Positions 39,321 through 49,146 of a DNA stretch of 64,000 nt are shown piece after piece (position 1 is the first letter of the stretch; each line of letters starts with the position of its first letter). This stretch comes from Diadema antillarum. Lineage: Eukaryota. A program made the position numbers and the translations under genes. Location: assembly GCF_040938485.1 (NCBI RefSeq), contig NW_027270908.1, forward strand, positions 1,550,001 to 1,614,000. Reading direction: 5' to 3'. The notes beneath the pieces were generated by a model. That model worked only from the letters and a program-made list of their open reading frames with translations, made no database searches and was not told the origin of the DNA.

Positions 39321-42300
39321 ACTCTCATGCTCAGATACAAATGCTCACACACATACACACACAAACACACGCACACACACTTACTCATGCATGTGACACA
39401 CAGATCTGTCTGTGCTGTTCATATAATGTGCTGAGCTCATGGGTCTACACACATGTACACACACACACATACAGACACCAGCATTTATATGAATCATGTC
39501 TATATGAATATCTCCCGCAGATCTGTAAACACACATGCCGACATACATAAAGAGGTTTGGATGGTACCAGCACAGGAATTTACAAGCTTTATTGGAGCTA
39601 ACCCGCTCATCAAGCAAAACGTCTATCATTAAAGGGAAGGATTGGATGCAGAGAGGGGAAAGATTACTTTGGTCTATATGAAAATGGATGAATACTCAAT
39701 AGTAATGGAGCAATAGATCCCCACTCATGACCGTGCATCTGCAAATGGCCAGTGTGAAAAAAAAAAAGCTGTTGGCATTTATTATTTTCATCAGGTATGC
39801 TCATAGTAAGCCGTCCGTGCAGCATAAGACCTATGAGAATTGTCACGGGATTTGGGTTACCTCACACCATTTTTTTTTCTTCTCTCCTGTGTGAAGTGAG
39901 AGTGAGTAAATACTGTCAGAGCATCTCGGCAAGATTCATTGATGCAAATCCTCATGGGGTCCGTTGGCTGGCAAGCTGCTCCATCTGTCTCTTTATCTTC
40001 CTGTTAGTCAGTCTGTCTGTCTGTCTCTCTCTCTATCTGTCTACCCATCTATCTTTCTTTTTATCTGTCTGCCTATCTATCTATCCATCTGTCTATCCAT
40101 TCATCTCTCTATNNNNNNNNNNNNNNNNNNNNNNNNNNNNNNNNNNNNNNNNNNNNNNNNNNNNNNNNNNNNNNNNNNNNNNNNNNNNNNNNNNNNNNNN
40201 NNNNNNNNNNNNNNNNNNNNNNNNNNNNNNNNNNNNNNNNNNNNNNNNNNNNNNNNNNNNNNNNNNNNNNNNNNNNNNNNNNNNNNNNNNNNNNNNNNNN
40301 NNNNNNNNNNNNNNNNNCATCTATCTACAATATCTATCTCTTTCTTTCTATATTTATATTTATATTTATATTTATATTCATCAGCTATATATCTATCTAC
40401 CATTCTGGATTAGGTTCTGCCCATCTCTGTCAGTCCACCTTCTTTGTTTTTCACTCATCTCTCTCACACACCCTCTTTCTCTCTCTATGTTTATTATTTT
40501 TCTCTTTCGGCGTTACTGTCACTGACTTTTGTCTCCTTTCTGTGTTTTTGTAACTTGTCTTCTCTCTCTCTCAATCTGTCTTATGGTATAGCTATACCAA
40601 AACGGTATAGCTATACGATGAATTTATACGTCTGAACGCTGACTAACGAAACGACGTATAACAAAACGACATATAGCAAATCGACGGTCAGAGCATGGTT
40701 TCGAACTAGAACTAGATAACGAATCAGCATTCCGTGTGCGTCTGAATGTATGGCGACCATAGAACAATATAACTGGGCGGGGCTTAATGGGAGCGCGCAT
40801 GAAAGGTGACCCCACAGCTGTCACTCACGACTATAACAGCATGCGCAGTGGGAAACTGCACATCTATACGACGTTTCCCAGAACGGTCGAAATTACTGTC
40901 TGAACGGTTTGTCAGCTATACGATGATTCTTTATACGTCGTTTCGTTATCGAGTTTTGGTATAGAATGGCATGCGTCTGAACAGGGGGAAAGTGTGTATC
41001 CTGATTCTTCCCCTGTTTTTTCTGCTTTCTCTCTGCATCTTTCTGCTTCTCCCTGTTTCTCTCTGTTTATTCGCATGTCTGTCTGTCTGTCTGTCTGTCT
41101 ATTCATCTGTTTCCCCTGTGTATCACTTTGTTTGCTCAAGATGTACTGCTCTCTCTTCATCTCCCCTCTCTTTCTCTTTCTCCTCTTATCTCCTTTGGTC
41201 ATCTGCCATTGAATATCTCTCATCTCTTTTTTTTTTCCTGCTTCTTCTCTGCATATGTCTGTCTCACTGTCCACACCAAAGATAGTAGAGATAACAAGAC
41301 ACGAAGATGCACGATAAAAATGGACACAAAATGGCTACCCTACATGACGATACAAAAGAGAGCTAAGTACAAACTCAGTACACCTAGGAACATCAGTCAT
41401 TTCCAAAGGTAGTGATATTTTTATTATCTCAAAAAGATTTAAAAGTTATAGTCGTAGCTTTTTTTTCGATTAAGGGGATTATTTTGAAGAACGAGATTTG
41501 AAAGTGATAAGGATTATTTCGTGGAGGTAAAAATTTGGCAACAACATGATCTCACTATCAAATAAGAGGCTTGATAAACAACAACATCTTCAAAGACAGC
41601 GCGTCTCAGGCAAAGACGTACATCACCCGAGACGCGCTGTCTTTGAAGTTGACTGAGTGGTCTCAGGTGATGCGCATAATATGCATGAGGACCGCGCACT
41701 GTCCATTTGTTTTGTACAGGATTAGCGCGCACTTTCGTGTCTTATCAGTTAAGCGTCTTTGGTCCACACCCTCCTTCACCATTCTGTCCATCTCTCGTCC
41801 TTTGGCATCACTGGCTTTCTCTCTCTCTCTCTCTGTATCTATCCATCTATCTGTCTATCTATCTATCCATCTTTCTATCCGTCTATCTGTCTATCCATCT
41901 CTCTATCTATCTATCCATCTATCTAGCTATCCATCCATCAATCTATTTACATGTATTTATCTGTCTTTCTAGCTATCTATCTATCTCATTCATAAGTCGT
42001 GGCTGTCCGCAGTTTGCTGCAATAGCCTCGAACAACAGTATCATATGCTGGGCAGGGAAATTTCATGTATCACAGTGGGACAGCAAATCATGGCTACACA
42101 GATGACATAACACCCCATTATGTTGATAGAAAGAAAGTCTCACACTACATTCTTATGCACATTCTCCTATTCAGCATGTGTTCAATGTGTTTCATGTATA
42201 ATGTTAGATGCATTGAATTCATACACCATATTTTAATCTTTTTGCAAGTGTGTATTTCAGTCATTAATTGAAGCAAATTAAATTATATGGCTTTGATTAG

Positions 42301-45300
42301 CCTTGGAAGTGTGCCAGGAAGAATATATTTTGCTGGTAATTTGCAATGAACACAGAACACTTTGAAAATATTTTAATGTAGCTTTTTGATAAGTATTCAG
42401 TGTATTGAACATGGTACGAAACAAATTGAATTTTGATACTCACCTTCATATTGCCAAATTGTCATTGTAAAGGAAGATGTAAAGAGTTGTATATCACATT
42501 GATGAGGTCGCTTCCTTAAACATCTGTATACCTATGATGAGCTTTATCATTATGATTGAGGCAAGTTTGTTATCTACATTTGTTGTGCATTGTATAATAT
42601 GATGTGAACATTGTAAGCCTTAAAGCTGTACGTTGCATTTCTGTAAGCTATCAAATTAGTTGAATCGATTATGGAATACTGCTAAGATTTATTTATTGCA
42701 ACACAAAGCAACTTTTGGCAGACTGCTGGAAAATATTTATTACTACTACTACTACTATGGCATGATTTAATTGATCAAACTGGAAATTTGTTGTATTTTC
42801 TTCCCTCATGCAGTAACCTAGAAGCTGCACTGAATGAATTTGTACCAGACATCCTGATATACAATGCTGGCACAGACTCCCTAGAAGGTGACCCATTGGG
42901 GGCGCTCTCCATTTCAGCACAGGTAGGTTCAAAAGACAAGAACGGGGAAAAAAAGCAAACAGGCATACAATAAGCACTTTCAGAAGCCATTAAGGGTCAA
43001 ATTCCTTTCTTGTTTTTCAGAGAAGTAATTCGAACAAGAATCAAAACAGTAAACAAGCACTACAATTAATATCTTCGTTGAATAAACACCCTGCCATTTG
43101 ATAGTACCAATTCTTTGCCAATTTGATGATTTATTGATGTATCATTTAATGTGTAACTCTAACTTTTCAATCAACTATTGTATATTGTCAATATTTGTAT
43201 TTGTTTAAAGATTTTTTTTAAAATGGTCAGATCTTTATTCAGGTGCTTCTGCCTATAAAAAAAAAGAAGATATGGAATAAAAACAAAATGAAGCATAAGC
43301 ATCAATTCTTCATCAAGAGAGTAAAAAAGAAAATAAACACAGAAATTCCGTAGTCCCATACTATCTAGATTTCCTGCAAGCACCTTCATGAAATTCACAC
43401 TACTACCTGTGGTATCAACTGTGGTTTTCCTAGCATTTGTGCATGTGTATCTGAGTGTGTTCAACATGGGGTGTGGGAGTGTGATGTGGGAGTGTGAAAA
43501 TGAGCGTGTGTTTTTGCCAGGCTTATGTAATCTCTGTATCACCCTGCTCTGTAAGTCAATCTCCATGAGTACATGTTCAATTTGTCTGATGAACCCAGGC
43601 AAGGTGGTGTGAAATTTGCTTCAGCCTGTTTCCTTCAGTGAGTAGAGATTGGCATTGCCAGAAACCTCCAGGTTCTATGGGGTGTAGAATGACCAGTTTC
43701 TCTCTCTATGTTTTTTTTTTTTTTTTTTTGGGGGGGGGGGGGTGGATGGGGGTGGGGCAGGGAGGGGTGAAATAGGATTAAAGGGAAAAGGACAACTTTA
43801 TAAGCAAAGGCTCAGGTGAGTTATGGCAATCATTCATCGTCCGACGTACATTGTGTGTCGTCTATCATGCGTCATGCACAAACTTTTTACATTTTCAGCT
43901 TCTTGAAAACCCCATGATAGATTTTCACCAAATTGGGCAGGTACAGGTAGCATTCCTAGGATAATAGGATCTCACTGTCTTCACATGGGCACTGTGGCCC
44001 CTCAAATTAGGAATCTTTAAAAATCTTCTTCTCGAGATCAGAAGTGGTAGAGCTAAGTTAGTGCTATGAGTAAGTACATTGGTTAATGACATTTGATCCA
44101 GGGATGCCCCCATTGGAGTGGATTGGGGGGGGGGGGGACCAAAGTAGAGGCCAAATTTCACATTTTCATCTTCTTCTGGAAAGCACATAGTCAAATTTGT
44201 TACCTAACCTGGCAGGTATTATAACCCTGTCCCCCTCGGAGGCACCCCAAAGCCCCCAAAGTTTGCTCTGTTCTTATGGATAATAATCTGCAAGAATACG
44301 TGGAAAATGAGCCTGCGATGCTCCCAGGTGACCGCTAGACCCAATGGGCCTCTGATTTTACTTGATTCTGATTTTTGCAGGGTATCATGAAGAGAGACAT
44401 GATGGTGTTCGAGTTTGCTCGGGACCGGAAGAAGCCGATCCCGATCCTGATGGTGACATCCGGCGGCTACCAGCGGAACAACGCCGAGATCATCGCCGCC
44501 TCCATCCGGAACCTGTGGAGGAGAAAGCTGGTCACGTGTCCGGAAGCGGAAGAATTCCAAGGTGAGTTAGAGCAGCAGTTTGCGTGATCCAGTCAATAGC
44601 AAAACTTCCAGGATTTTGGGCTTTCATTTAAAGGGGAAATCTAGTCCAAATATTAGTTGGTCTGATAAGAGAGTAAATTATTCCGAGTTCAACAGTAAAG
44701 TTTGGATCAAAATCGGGTGAAAATCAAGGAAGTTATGACATTTTGAAGATTTGCTAATTTTTCAGGAAACAGTTCTTGGGCAGTCAATATGAATATGCAA
44801 ATGACAAAGTGAGCATGTCATCCCCTCACAACCTGCCTTATAGTTTGTACATAAAACGCAATTGTGCCCGAGGCTCAAATCCTGGTATATCCCAGTGATC
44901 ACTATTCTGAAGTTATTCAATCAGGAATAACATCATGTTTCAGACTTCAATGACAGAAACATTGAATATTTGTCATTTTTCTTGTACAGAATCAATGGAA
45001 AATTGTGAGGTTATGACGTGATTAGCTCACTCATTTACGCATATTCATATCCACTGTACGAGAACTGTTTTGCAGAAATTAGCAAAACTTCAAAATGTCA
45101 TAACTTTCTTATTTTTCATCCGATTTTAGTCAAATTTTTGCCGTTGAACTCTTTTATATCAGACAAACGTATATTTGGACTGGATTTCCCCTTTAAAGGG
45201 GAGTTCCGGACCACATAAAACTGAGTCAGAACAGAAGAGTAAAATTTTACAAGTACAACTGTACAGTGAAAATTTGATCAAATTATATTTTAAGTAAAGA

Positions 45301-46081
45301 AATTACAAAATTTTAAAGATTCATTAATGTTTGCAAAGTAGATCTTGAACAGTTGATATGAATGTTCAAATGAGTGAGCTGATGATGTCATCACGTTGCA
45401 ATTTGACATAAATTATGTACGACAAAAAGAATGACAAAAATTCCAATCTTCTGCTAAAGAAGTATAAAACATACTGTTATTCCTGGCAGAATAATTTCAA
45501 AATAATGATCAGTTATATGTTGACACCACATTTGCTCCTGCGACAATTACTCCATCTTATTTTCTCCAAAGACTTAGGGTTAAGGTTGTGATAGGATTTC
45601 AGGTTTATTTTGATGTGAGGATTAGGATTAGGGTTAGGGTTATGTTTGTGGGTAGAATTCATGTTTAGTTTAGCTAGTATTCAGATATTACATAGGAGCA
45701 ATTCTCGCAGGGGCAAATGTCATGGAACCCAGTTTAGATATGATAGGATTTGAGACTGGGGCATAATTGCACTTGAAAAAAAAAGAAGAAGAAAATAACA
45801 CCAAACCACTGGAATGCAATTTCTAGGACTTTAAGGCCTGAAGGTGCTCATAGCATGTGGCAAAGAAATGTACAAGCATGTCAATGGCTATAACGAAAAT
45901 AACTACATTTGTCGTTATCATTGCAGCCAAAATGGCACCTGTATCCACGACACCTCCCAGCCAGCAACCCTCGACAAGTCAAGCAGGAGCAACGACGCCC
46001 TCAACGACGGAAGAGACCAATGCAAACGAGACCGGCCAGGGGAGGGGTTTCTTCAGCTCGTTACGAGCTTTATGCAAATGA
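4735..46081 (+). CDS. HDAC11: Histone deacetylase 11, whole gene model: join(4735-4814, 6683-7068, 13542-13642, 34255-34371, 35789-36068, 37808-37877, 42814-42922, 44381-44561, 45927-46081), ~492 aa
   Basis: Manual splicing gives one uninterrupted frame (1479 nt including stop), all introns GT-AG, phases 2,1,0,0,1,2,0,1. HDAC11 signature peptides recognised: WPIVYSPDYNISFLGFEKLHPFDSGKWGKV, VQRKVLRPLRLQTGGT, GWAINIGGGFHHCSSKRGGGFCAYADITLA, DLDAHQGNGHERDF, YNAGTD, ILMVTSGGYQ. The catalytic/Zn-binding HH, D-x-H, D and Y residues are intact. Exons 1 and 9 are less certain than the core. Confidence 0.95.
6683..7068 (+). CDS. HDAC11: HDAC11 exon 2 (acidic extension + start of deacetylase domain)
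   Basis: TTTTTTGATGCAG acceptor; encodes ...E9...KTKLFVPVEPHQWPIVYSPDYNISFLGFEKLHPFDSGKWGKVYNTLK; G|GTGAGT donor. Confidence 0.95.
7555..8071. mobile_element. Decayed Kolobok-like MITE (right end retained)
   Basis: Ends TTCATTCCCCT|TTAA; two mutually inverted halves related to 28716-29157. Confidence 0.6.
8780..9027. mobile_element. Unclassified TIR MITE (TCGT...ACGA family), copy 1
   Basis: ~22-bp TIRs TCGTTGCTGGGGTGACAAGACC / GGTCTTGTCGCCCCAGCGACGA; AA on both flanks; inverted homologue at 55807-56055. Confidence 0.8.
13116..13356. mobile_element. TA-flanked MITE, CTGTA...TACAG family
   Basis: TA|CTGTATACGCCGAATATTTCG ... CGAAATATATGGCGCATACAG|TA; CGCGAAA-rich interior. Confidence 0.8.
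13542..13642 (+). CDS. HDAC11: HDAC11 exon 3
   Basis: TTGACAG acceptor; (G)EGMIRDETTVRPQEASDDDLLVAHTKKYINSLK matches the HDAC11 EASEEDLLVVHT motif; AAG|GTCAGT donor; not in the ORF track (101 nt). Confidence 0.93.
14063..14246. other. Assembly gap (N)
   Basis: Run of N. Confidence 1.
14247..15027. repeat. Foldback (long inverted repeat) with internal subrepeats
   Basis: CGCGGTTGACTAGGTTCATCCGT... mirrors ...ACGGATGAACCTGCAGTCAACCGCG; both arms carry repeated GGCAATTAT..CCCAGAAATAATACCATTGAACAATGC units; left edge abuts an N gap. Confidence 0.85.
14778..14856. repeat. 79-nt near-perfect palindrome (39-bp arms, 1-nt loop)
   Basis: TCGTCGGGTGCCTGTGCATTGGCCGCTAATGCAATACAA-A-TTGTATTGCGTTAGCGGCCAATGCACGGGCACCCAACGA; 3 mismatches; AA on both flanks. 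Confidence 0.92.
15109..15146. repeat. (TA)n microsatellite
   Basis: Direct reading. Confidence 0.95.
16226..16833. repeat. Diverged foldback, ~600 bp
   Basis: Ordered inverted matches TCTTCAGATTA/TAATCTGAAGA, CCAACCCAAGATTCT/AGAATCTTGGGTTGG, AACAAAAGAC/GTCTTTTGTT, CTAGACTGAGCA/TGCTCAGTCTAG. Confidence 0.8.
17138..17482 (+). repeat. Direct tandem duplication, two ~173-bp copies
   Basis: TACATGCTTAA...AAAAGGTGATAGACA...ATAAAATTTGTAA...GTACTCCCCTTGTTCCA occurs twice head-to-tail. Confidence 0.85.
17524..17560. repeat. (GT)n microsatellite
   Basis: Direct reading. Confidence 0.95.
19610..19694. mobile_element. 85-bp piggyBac-like mini-MITE (inverted sister of 34971-35056)
   Basis: TTAA|ACCGTTGAGGAC ... 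ATCCTCAATGGG|TTAA; shares CCCGAGTATA and TGTTGTAGCAAAATCA with the other copy. Confidence 0.78.
22630..23230 (+). repeat. Complex purine-rich (GA/GAT) repeat
   Basis: Almost all A/G with interspersed T; internal ~200-bp periodicity; 22912-22998 nearly identical to the reverse complement of 34618-34700. Confidence 0.85.
24450..24585. repeat. Compound (CA)n/(TA)n microsatellite
   Basis: Direct reading. Confidence 0.9.
24808..24950. other. Assembly gap (N)
   Basis: Run of N. Confidence 1.
24994..25200. mobile_element. Decayed CTGTA...TACAG MITE; sister copies at ~10825-11025 and ~32335-32541
   Basis: Shared interior GCATGAAATTTT...GCCACTGGCATTCAATG...GAACTT...CATGAAATC in three places; ends partly eroded. 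Confidence 0.7.
27249..27448. other. Assembly gap (N)
   Basis: Run of N. Confidence 1.
28716..29157. mobile_element. TTAA-flanked Kolobok-like MITE
   Basis: TTAA|AGGAAACCAAAACCC ... GGGTTTTGGTTACCT|TTAA; interior related to decayed copies at ~5330-5900, ~7555-8071 and ~35420-35600. Confidence 0.85.
29304..29317. promoter_or_regulatory. Near-consensus palindromic X-box in HDAC11 intron 3
   Basis: GTTGCCATGGCAAT, 13/14 match to GTTGCCATGGCAAC. Confidence 0.35.
33447..33969. mobile_element. TA-flanked MITE, CTGTA...TACAG family
   Basis: TA|CTGTAAACGTCAATATTTTCGCG ... CGCGAAAATTTCCACGTTTACAG|TA; CpG-rich interior. Confidence 0.85.
34255..34371 (+). CDS. HDAC11: HDAC11 exon 4
   Basis: TTTATAG acceptor; WSISVAGITEVPPVAFLPNFIVQRKVLRPLRLQTGGTIL; TTG|GTAAGA donor; 117 nt, phase 0-0. 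Confidence 0.96.
34385..34860 (-). repeat. Complex pyrimidine-rich repeat, inverted copy of the 22630-23230 family
   Basis: Starts ~14 nt after the HDAC11 exon 4 donor; source of the spurious 295-aa Leu/Ser ORF. Confidence 0.85.
34971..35056. mobile_element. 86-bp piggyBac-like mini-MITE
   Basis: TTAA|CCCGTTGAGGAC ... GTCCTCAGCGGG|TTAA. Confidence 0.8.
35789..36068 (+). CDS. HDAC11: HDAC11 exon 5 (catalytic HH and DLDAH motifs)
   Basis: GAKLAMERGWAINIGGGFHHCSS...DLDAHQGNGHERDF...YPRDGYAK; C|GTGAGT donor. Confidence 0.97.
37176..37551. mobile_element. TTAA-flanked Kolobok-like MITE
   Basis: TTAA|AGGGATGGTATAG...TGAGATGGGG ... CCCCATCTCA...CTATACCATCCCT|TTAA. Confidence 0.88.
37808..37877 (+). 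CDS. HDAC11: HDAC11 exon 6
   Basis: TGCACAG acceptor; (R)GISRKVEVNYFIADEEYMTLVA, similar to HDAC11 IRRKVELEWGTEDDEYL; AG|GTGAGT donor; phases fit both neighbours. Confidence 0.92.
37934..38384. mobile_element. Decayed Tc1/mariner-like MITE
   Basis: TATGTCCAAAAAAAAATTACAA at left pairs with TTGTAATTTTTTGGGGGACATACTGTA at right; inverted interior segments (AAACTATAAC/GTTATAGTT, AGAAAACCCCAT/ATGGGGTTTTCT). Confidence 0.6.
39266..39385. repeat. (CA)n microsatellite with degenerate tail
   Basis: Direct reading. Confidence 0.9.
39985..40400. repeat. (TCTA/TCCA/TCTG)n tetranucleotide tract spanning a gap; a similar tract lies at ~41815-41990
   Basis: Direct reading. Confidence 0.85.
40113..40317. 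other. Assembly gap (N)
   Basis: Run of N. Confidence 1.
40592..40964. mobile_element. CpG-rich TIR element, TSD not found
   Basis: CTATACCAAAAC ... GTTTTGGTATAG; repeated CTATACGATG / ATACGTC / CTGAACG subterminal motifs. Confidence 0.5.
41276..41762. mobile_element. TIR element with apparent 6-bp TSD
   Basis: TCCACA|CCAAAGA...AAGACACGAA ... TTCGTGTCTT...TCTTTGG|TCCACA; imperfect extended TIRs; inserted between simple-repeat tracts. Confidence 0.7.
42814..42922 (+). CDS. HDAC11: HDAC11 exon 7
   Basis: CCCTCATGCAG acceptor; (S)NLEAALNEFVPDILIYNAGTDSLEGDPLGALSISAQ; CAG|GTAGGT donor. Confidence 0.96.
44381..44561 (+). CDS. HDAC11: HDAC11 exon 8 (reads through to TGA at 44587 if the donor at 44562 is not used)
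   Basis: ATTTTTGCAG acceptor; GIMKRDMMVFEFARDRKKPIPILMVTSGGYQRNNAEIIAASIRNL; CAAG|GTGAGT donor. Confidence 0.94.
44632..45192. mobile_element. TTAA-flanked Kolobok-like MITE, with a second left end starting at 45197
   Basis: TTAA|AGGGGAAATCTAGTCCAAAT ... ATTTGGACTGGATTTCCCCT|TTAA; AG...CT termini with TTAA TSD fit Kolobok rather than piggyBac. Confidence 0.85.
45528..45720. mobile_element. TIR MITE containing telomere-like (TTAGGG) degenerate repeats
   Basis: ACATTTGCTCCTGCGACAATTACTCC ... GGAGCAATTCTCGCAGGGGCAAATGT; interior TTAGGGTTAAGG...ATTAGGATTAGGGTTAGGGTTA. Confidence 0.7.
45927..46081 (+). CDS. HDAC11: HDAC11 putative terminal exon 9 (S/T/P/Q-rich tail ending GRGFFSSLRALCK*)
   Basis: TCATTGCAG acceptor; phase 1 matches the 44562 donor (G|CC=Ala); GC-richer coding-like segment ending TGA at 46079-46081. 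No homology support. Confidence 0.7.
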
Positions 46082-49000
46082 TATCACCTTTTCGTCGTGC
46101 AGTAGTTACACATGATATATCAGTACTGTGGAGATTGCGTAATCGCTTTATATTCATGTTATTTCGTTCACAGAAGAAAAAAAAAGAAGTACTTAGAATG
46201 GTCAGCAGATTGTAGGTATGTAGCAGCTTTTTACTTGTATGTATGATATACACAGATATATGTATGTGAGGTAGATATTCTGTAATGAATCACATTTTAT
46301 AATACTTAATTGTGTGAAGCAACACCAGGCGACCAAATTTCGTGGGACTCATGGACATGAAAAGCTTGTGTGACCAATGTGAGTGTTAGCAGCAGGGTCC
46401 CACGGCATGAAATTGACAGTTTAGGTACCGGTAGGTAACCAAGAGAAAGCAATCCAATGGTCAGCACCTTTCAGGCAAAAGTAATTACATCGTGAGTGAT
46501 TTCCTCACTTGATCTGCTTAATTTCTGAATTTCATGCTACAGGGACCCTGGTTGTCCTGAGTATGTTTGGCTGTCAGACAGGTTGGCCATCGAGTTGTTG
46601 TGTTGGGTACCTTGCCTAGCTTGCCGTGTGTGCTTTGATAAATGTGGATGGATAAGAAATGTTGGGGCAGTGAATCGTGTGTAATAATGCTCGGATGAAG
46701 GGCATCCTCTTTTATGCAAGGTTTATTCACATGCAATGTGTGTTGTTTGCTGTGTGAAGAATTTGCTTTGTGCAGAGGTACCATTCATTCATGCTGCTAT
46801 TATTGTTGAAAAAAAAATAATGTTCTATATGTGTACTTTTTTAAGCAGAACTTCAAAAAACAGAACACATACGCAAAACATCCTCTATTTGTAGAACTTT
46901 TTGACGATTATACTTATTGAATGATTTTACAACAGTCCTCTTGTCGATGCAGTTTGGCTTAAGGCAGTTTGGTTTTGTTCTTCTCGCTGACTGAAAGTAC
47001 AGACGGGACTAAGGGATCCAAATGGCCTCTGATGTTGGCCCAAATCACATTTGTTATAGTTTGTGTGCAAGACTCTCTTGCAACAAGTGACTTTACCTCC
47101 ATTGTCCCAGTTGTGATGTAACTTCAGTCAAAGATGCACTTTGAGTGATCTTCCAGTCATTGAGTACCAAAGTATGATGTCATAGCCATTCATCGCCATA
47201 GAAACTGGTTCCAAACAACCTCACCTGGCCCAAGTGTTTATGCTAGCACCTGGTTCCAACCCAAGCTATGACAAGAGATTGTGACATCATCACTTCGGTA
47301 CTCTATAGTGCAGTCGTGTGCTGAGGGCAAAGGTTACTTCAGGTCATGCATTTCAGTTGACCTCCAGGCTCTCTTTGGACTAATAACTTTGTAATCATTG
47401 CTTCAATCTTTACAAAACTTTGGTCAGCGATAAACTTAGGGATCTTCATGTTATGGTGCTGGTCAAAGTCACATGCAAAGGACAAAGGTTGTTATGAGGT
47501 CATAATAGTAGAATTGCCTCGTACGACCATCTCATCTTTATCCTCTTCGCAACTCTTCATTGCAGTGACCCATTACAGTCAAATTGGGACAATATGTGTA
47601 ATGTGTAAACCAAATTGTTACAGAACAAGTTCACCTCTGTTTATGTTTCTGTCCATGTACCTAGCTTGATGTCTGTCAACGTTGGGGCATCCAATGTGCT
47701 GCCCTCTTTTTTGTTTTGCCTGTAACTCTTCTTTGTTATATTCATCAGTTACAACCAAGTCTGGGTCATGAGTGCATTGCATAAACTTGCACGTTACTGT
47801 AAAAATGGAAATGTTTGTGCGCGTATGTTTTCACACTTGGCCAGGTAGAATGAATTTCACCTGATTTCGTACAATGGAATGAAAATATACGATAGAATTA
47901 CATAATATAATGAGCAAAAAATGTGTGTGTTTTTATTTTTACACTACATTCACATGGTGTGATATGTGGAAAAATGTCCACACCACAAAAACTTTCCACT
48001 TTTACTGTATGATACTGGTAAAGGACACATGTCAATGTCGAAGGTCATGTGAGGTCAGTGACATTTTTGCATTGGAAACTCATCCAGGTATGTTTCTTGT
48101 CTTCAGCGGTACAATTTACTACCGAGTCCTTTTCACACCTGTTACATACATTGCTGTAGATTTTGGTTTCATTCACCCATTTTACATTCAAGTGTGCATT
48201 CCACATTGTCCCAAGTGGGCAAGACACAATCTAGCAATTGTTTTGTTTTGTTTGGTCATGTAATTTTGAAGGAACGTAGAGTGACCTGGAATGTCAAAAT
48301 AATCCCATGTTAAGAACAATGTACAGTCTGAAGTATTATAGTGTTTAAAAAAAGAAAAGAAAGAAAAACCTCACAAGAGATGCTGCCATGAGATTCTACC
48401 TGAACTTTTCACACGTTGTCGATGATGTGTATGTCATTCTTGTAATGTTTGTTTTTTTCGTGATCGGGGGATGAATTCTCTGTCCACATTGTAGGAGGGT
48501 ACCTGTGGAAGTAAAACATGTGTCAATTGCATCAGTGCCAAGGTACAAATGTAGCCCCCAAACCGCACTGTATATTAAACATCAATGTAGTGAGATGGTA
48601 CTGAGCCAGCGTATGTAACGAGAAAGCATGTATTTTTACCAAGTGCAATGCATTTTTTCATTCTTCTTTAGCCTTTAACTGTAAAAGAGTGCTGTTTCTC
48701 CTTGTGCAATGTCGGCTTCACCAAATCTTTATGTATTATATCACTTTTTTAACTCCTTTTGGAATGACATGTCTATAAGTATTCATTTACAGAGGTTATA
48801 AGTCCGTAAAGGGGGCACCACCTTGGTATAAATGCACTCAAGTCGCACCATTGCAAATTAATGTTACAAACTGGTCCTGTAAAAATACAACTCTTTGTCA
48901 TAATCTGAAAATGTCAGAAACCAATTCAGCAATCGTTGGTAATGGTGATAATATTGAAGATTTTTCTTTTCTTTTCCTTTTTCTGCATTTTAATGAAGCA

Positions 49001-49146
49001 TTCAATCATTTAATGCTGTAATATTATTAGCACTCTAGGAGTCAGATTTGTTGTGCTTAGGAGGATGATGATGGTGATAAAATGTTCATCTGGTCTGACG
49101 TCTTCTTGCAGTGTTGACATGGTAAAATGACTTGCGTGTTGATATA

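Noticed and set aside
43790-44220. Probable dispersed repeat fragments (also ~47320-47700, ~63740-64000)
   Set aside because: Look repetitive, but ends, TSDs and family could not be defined from this window.
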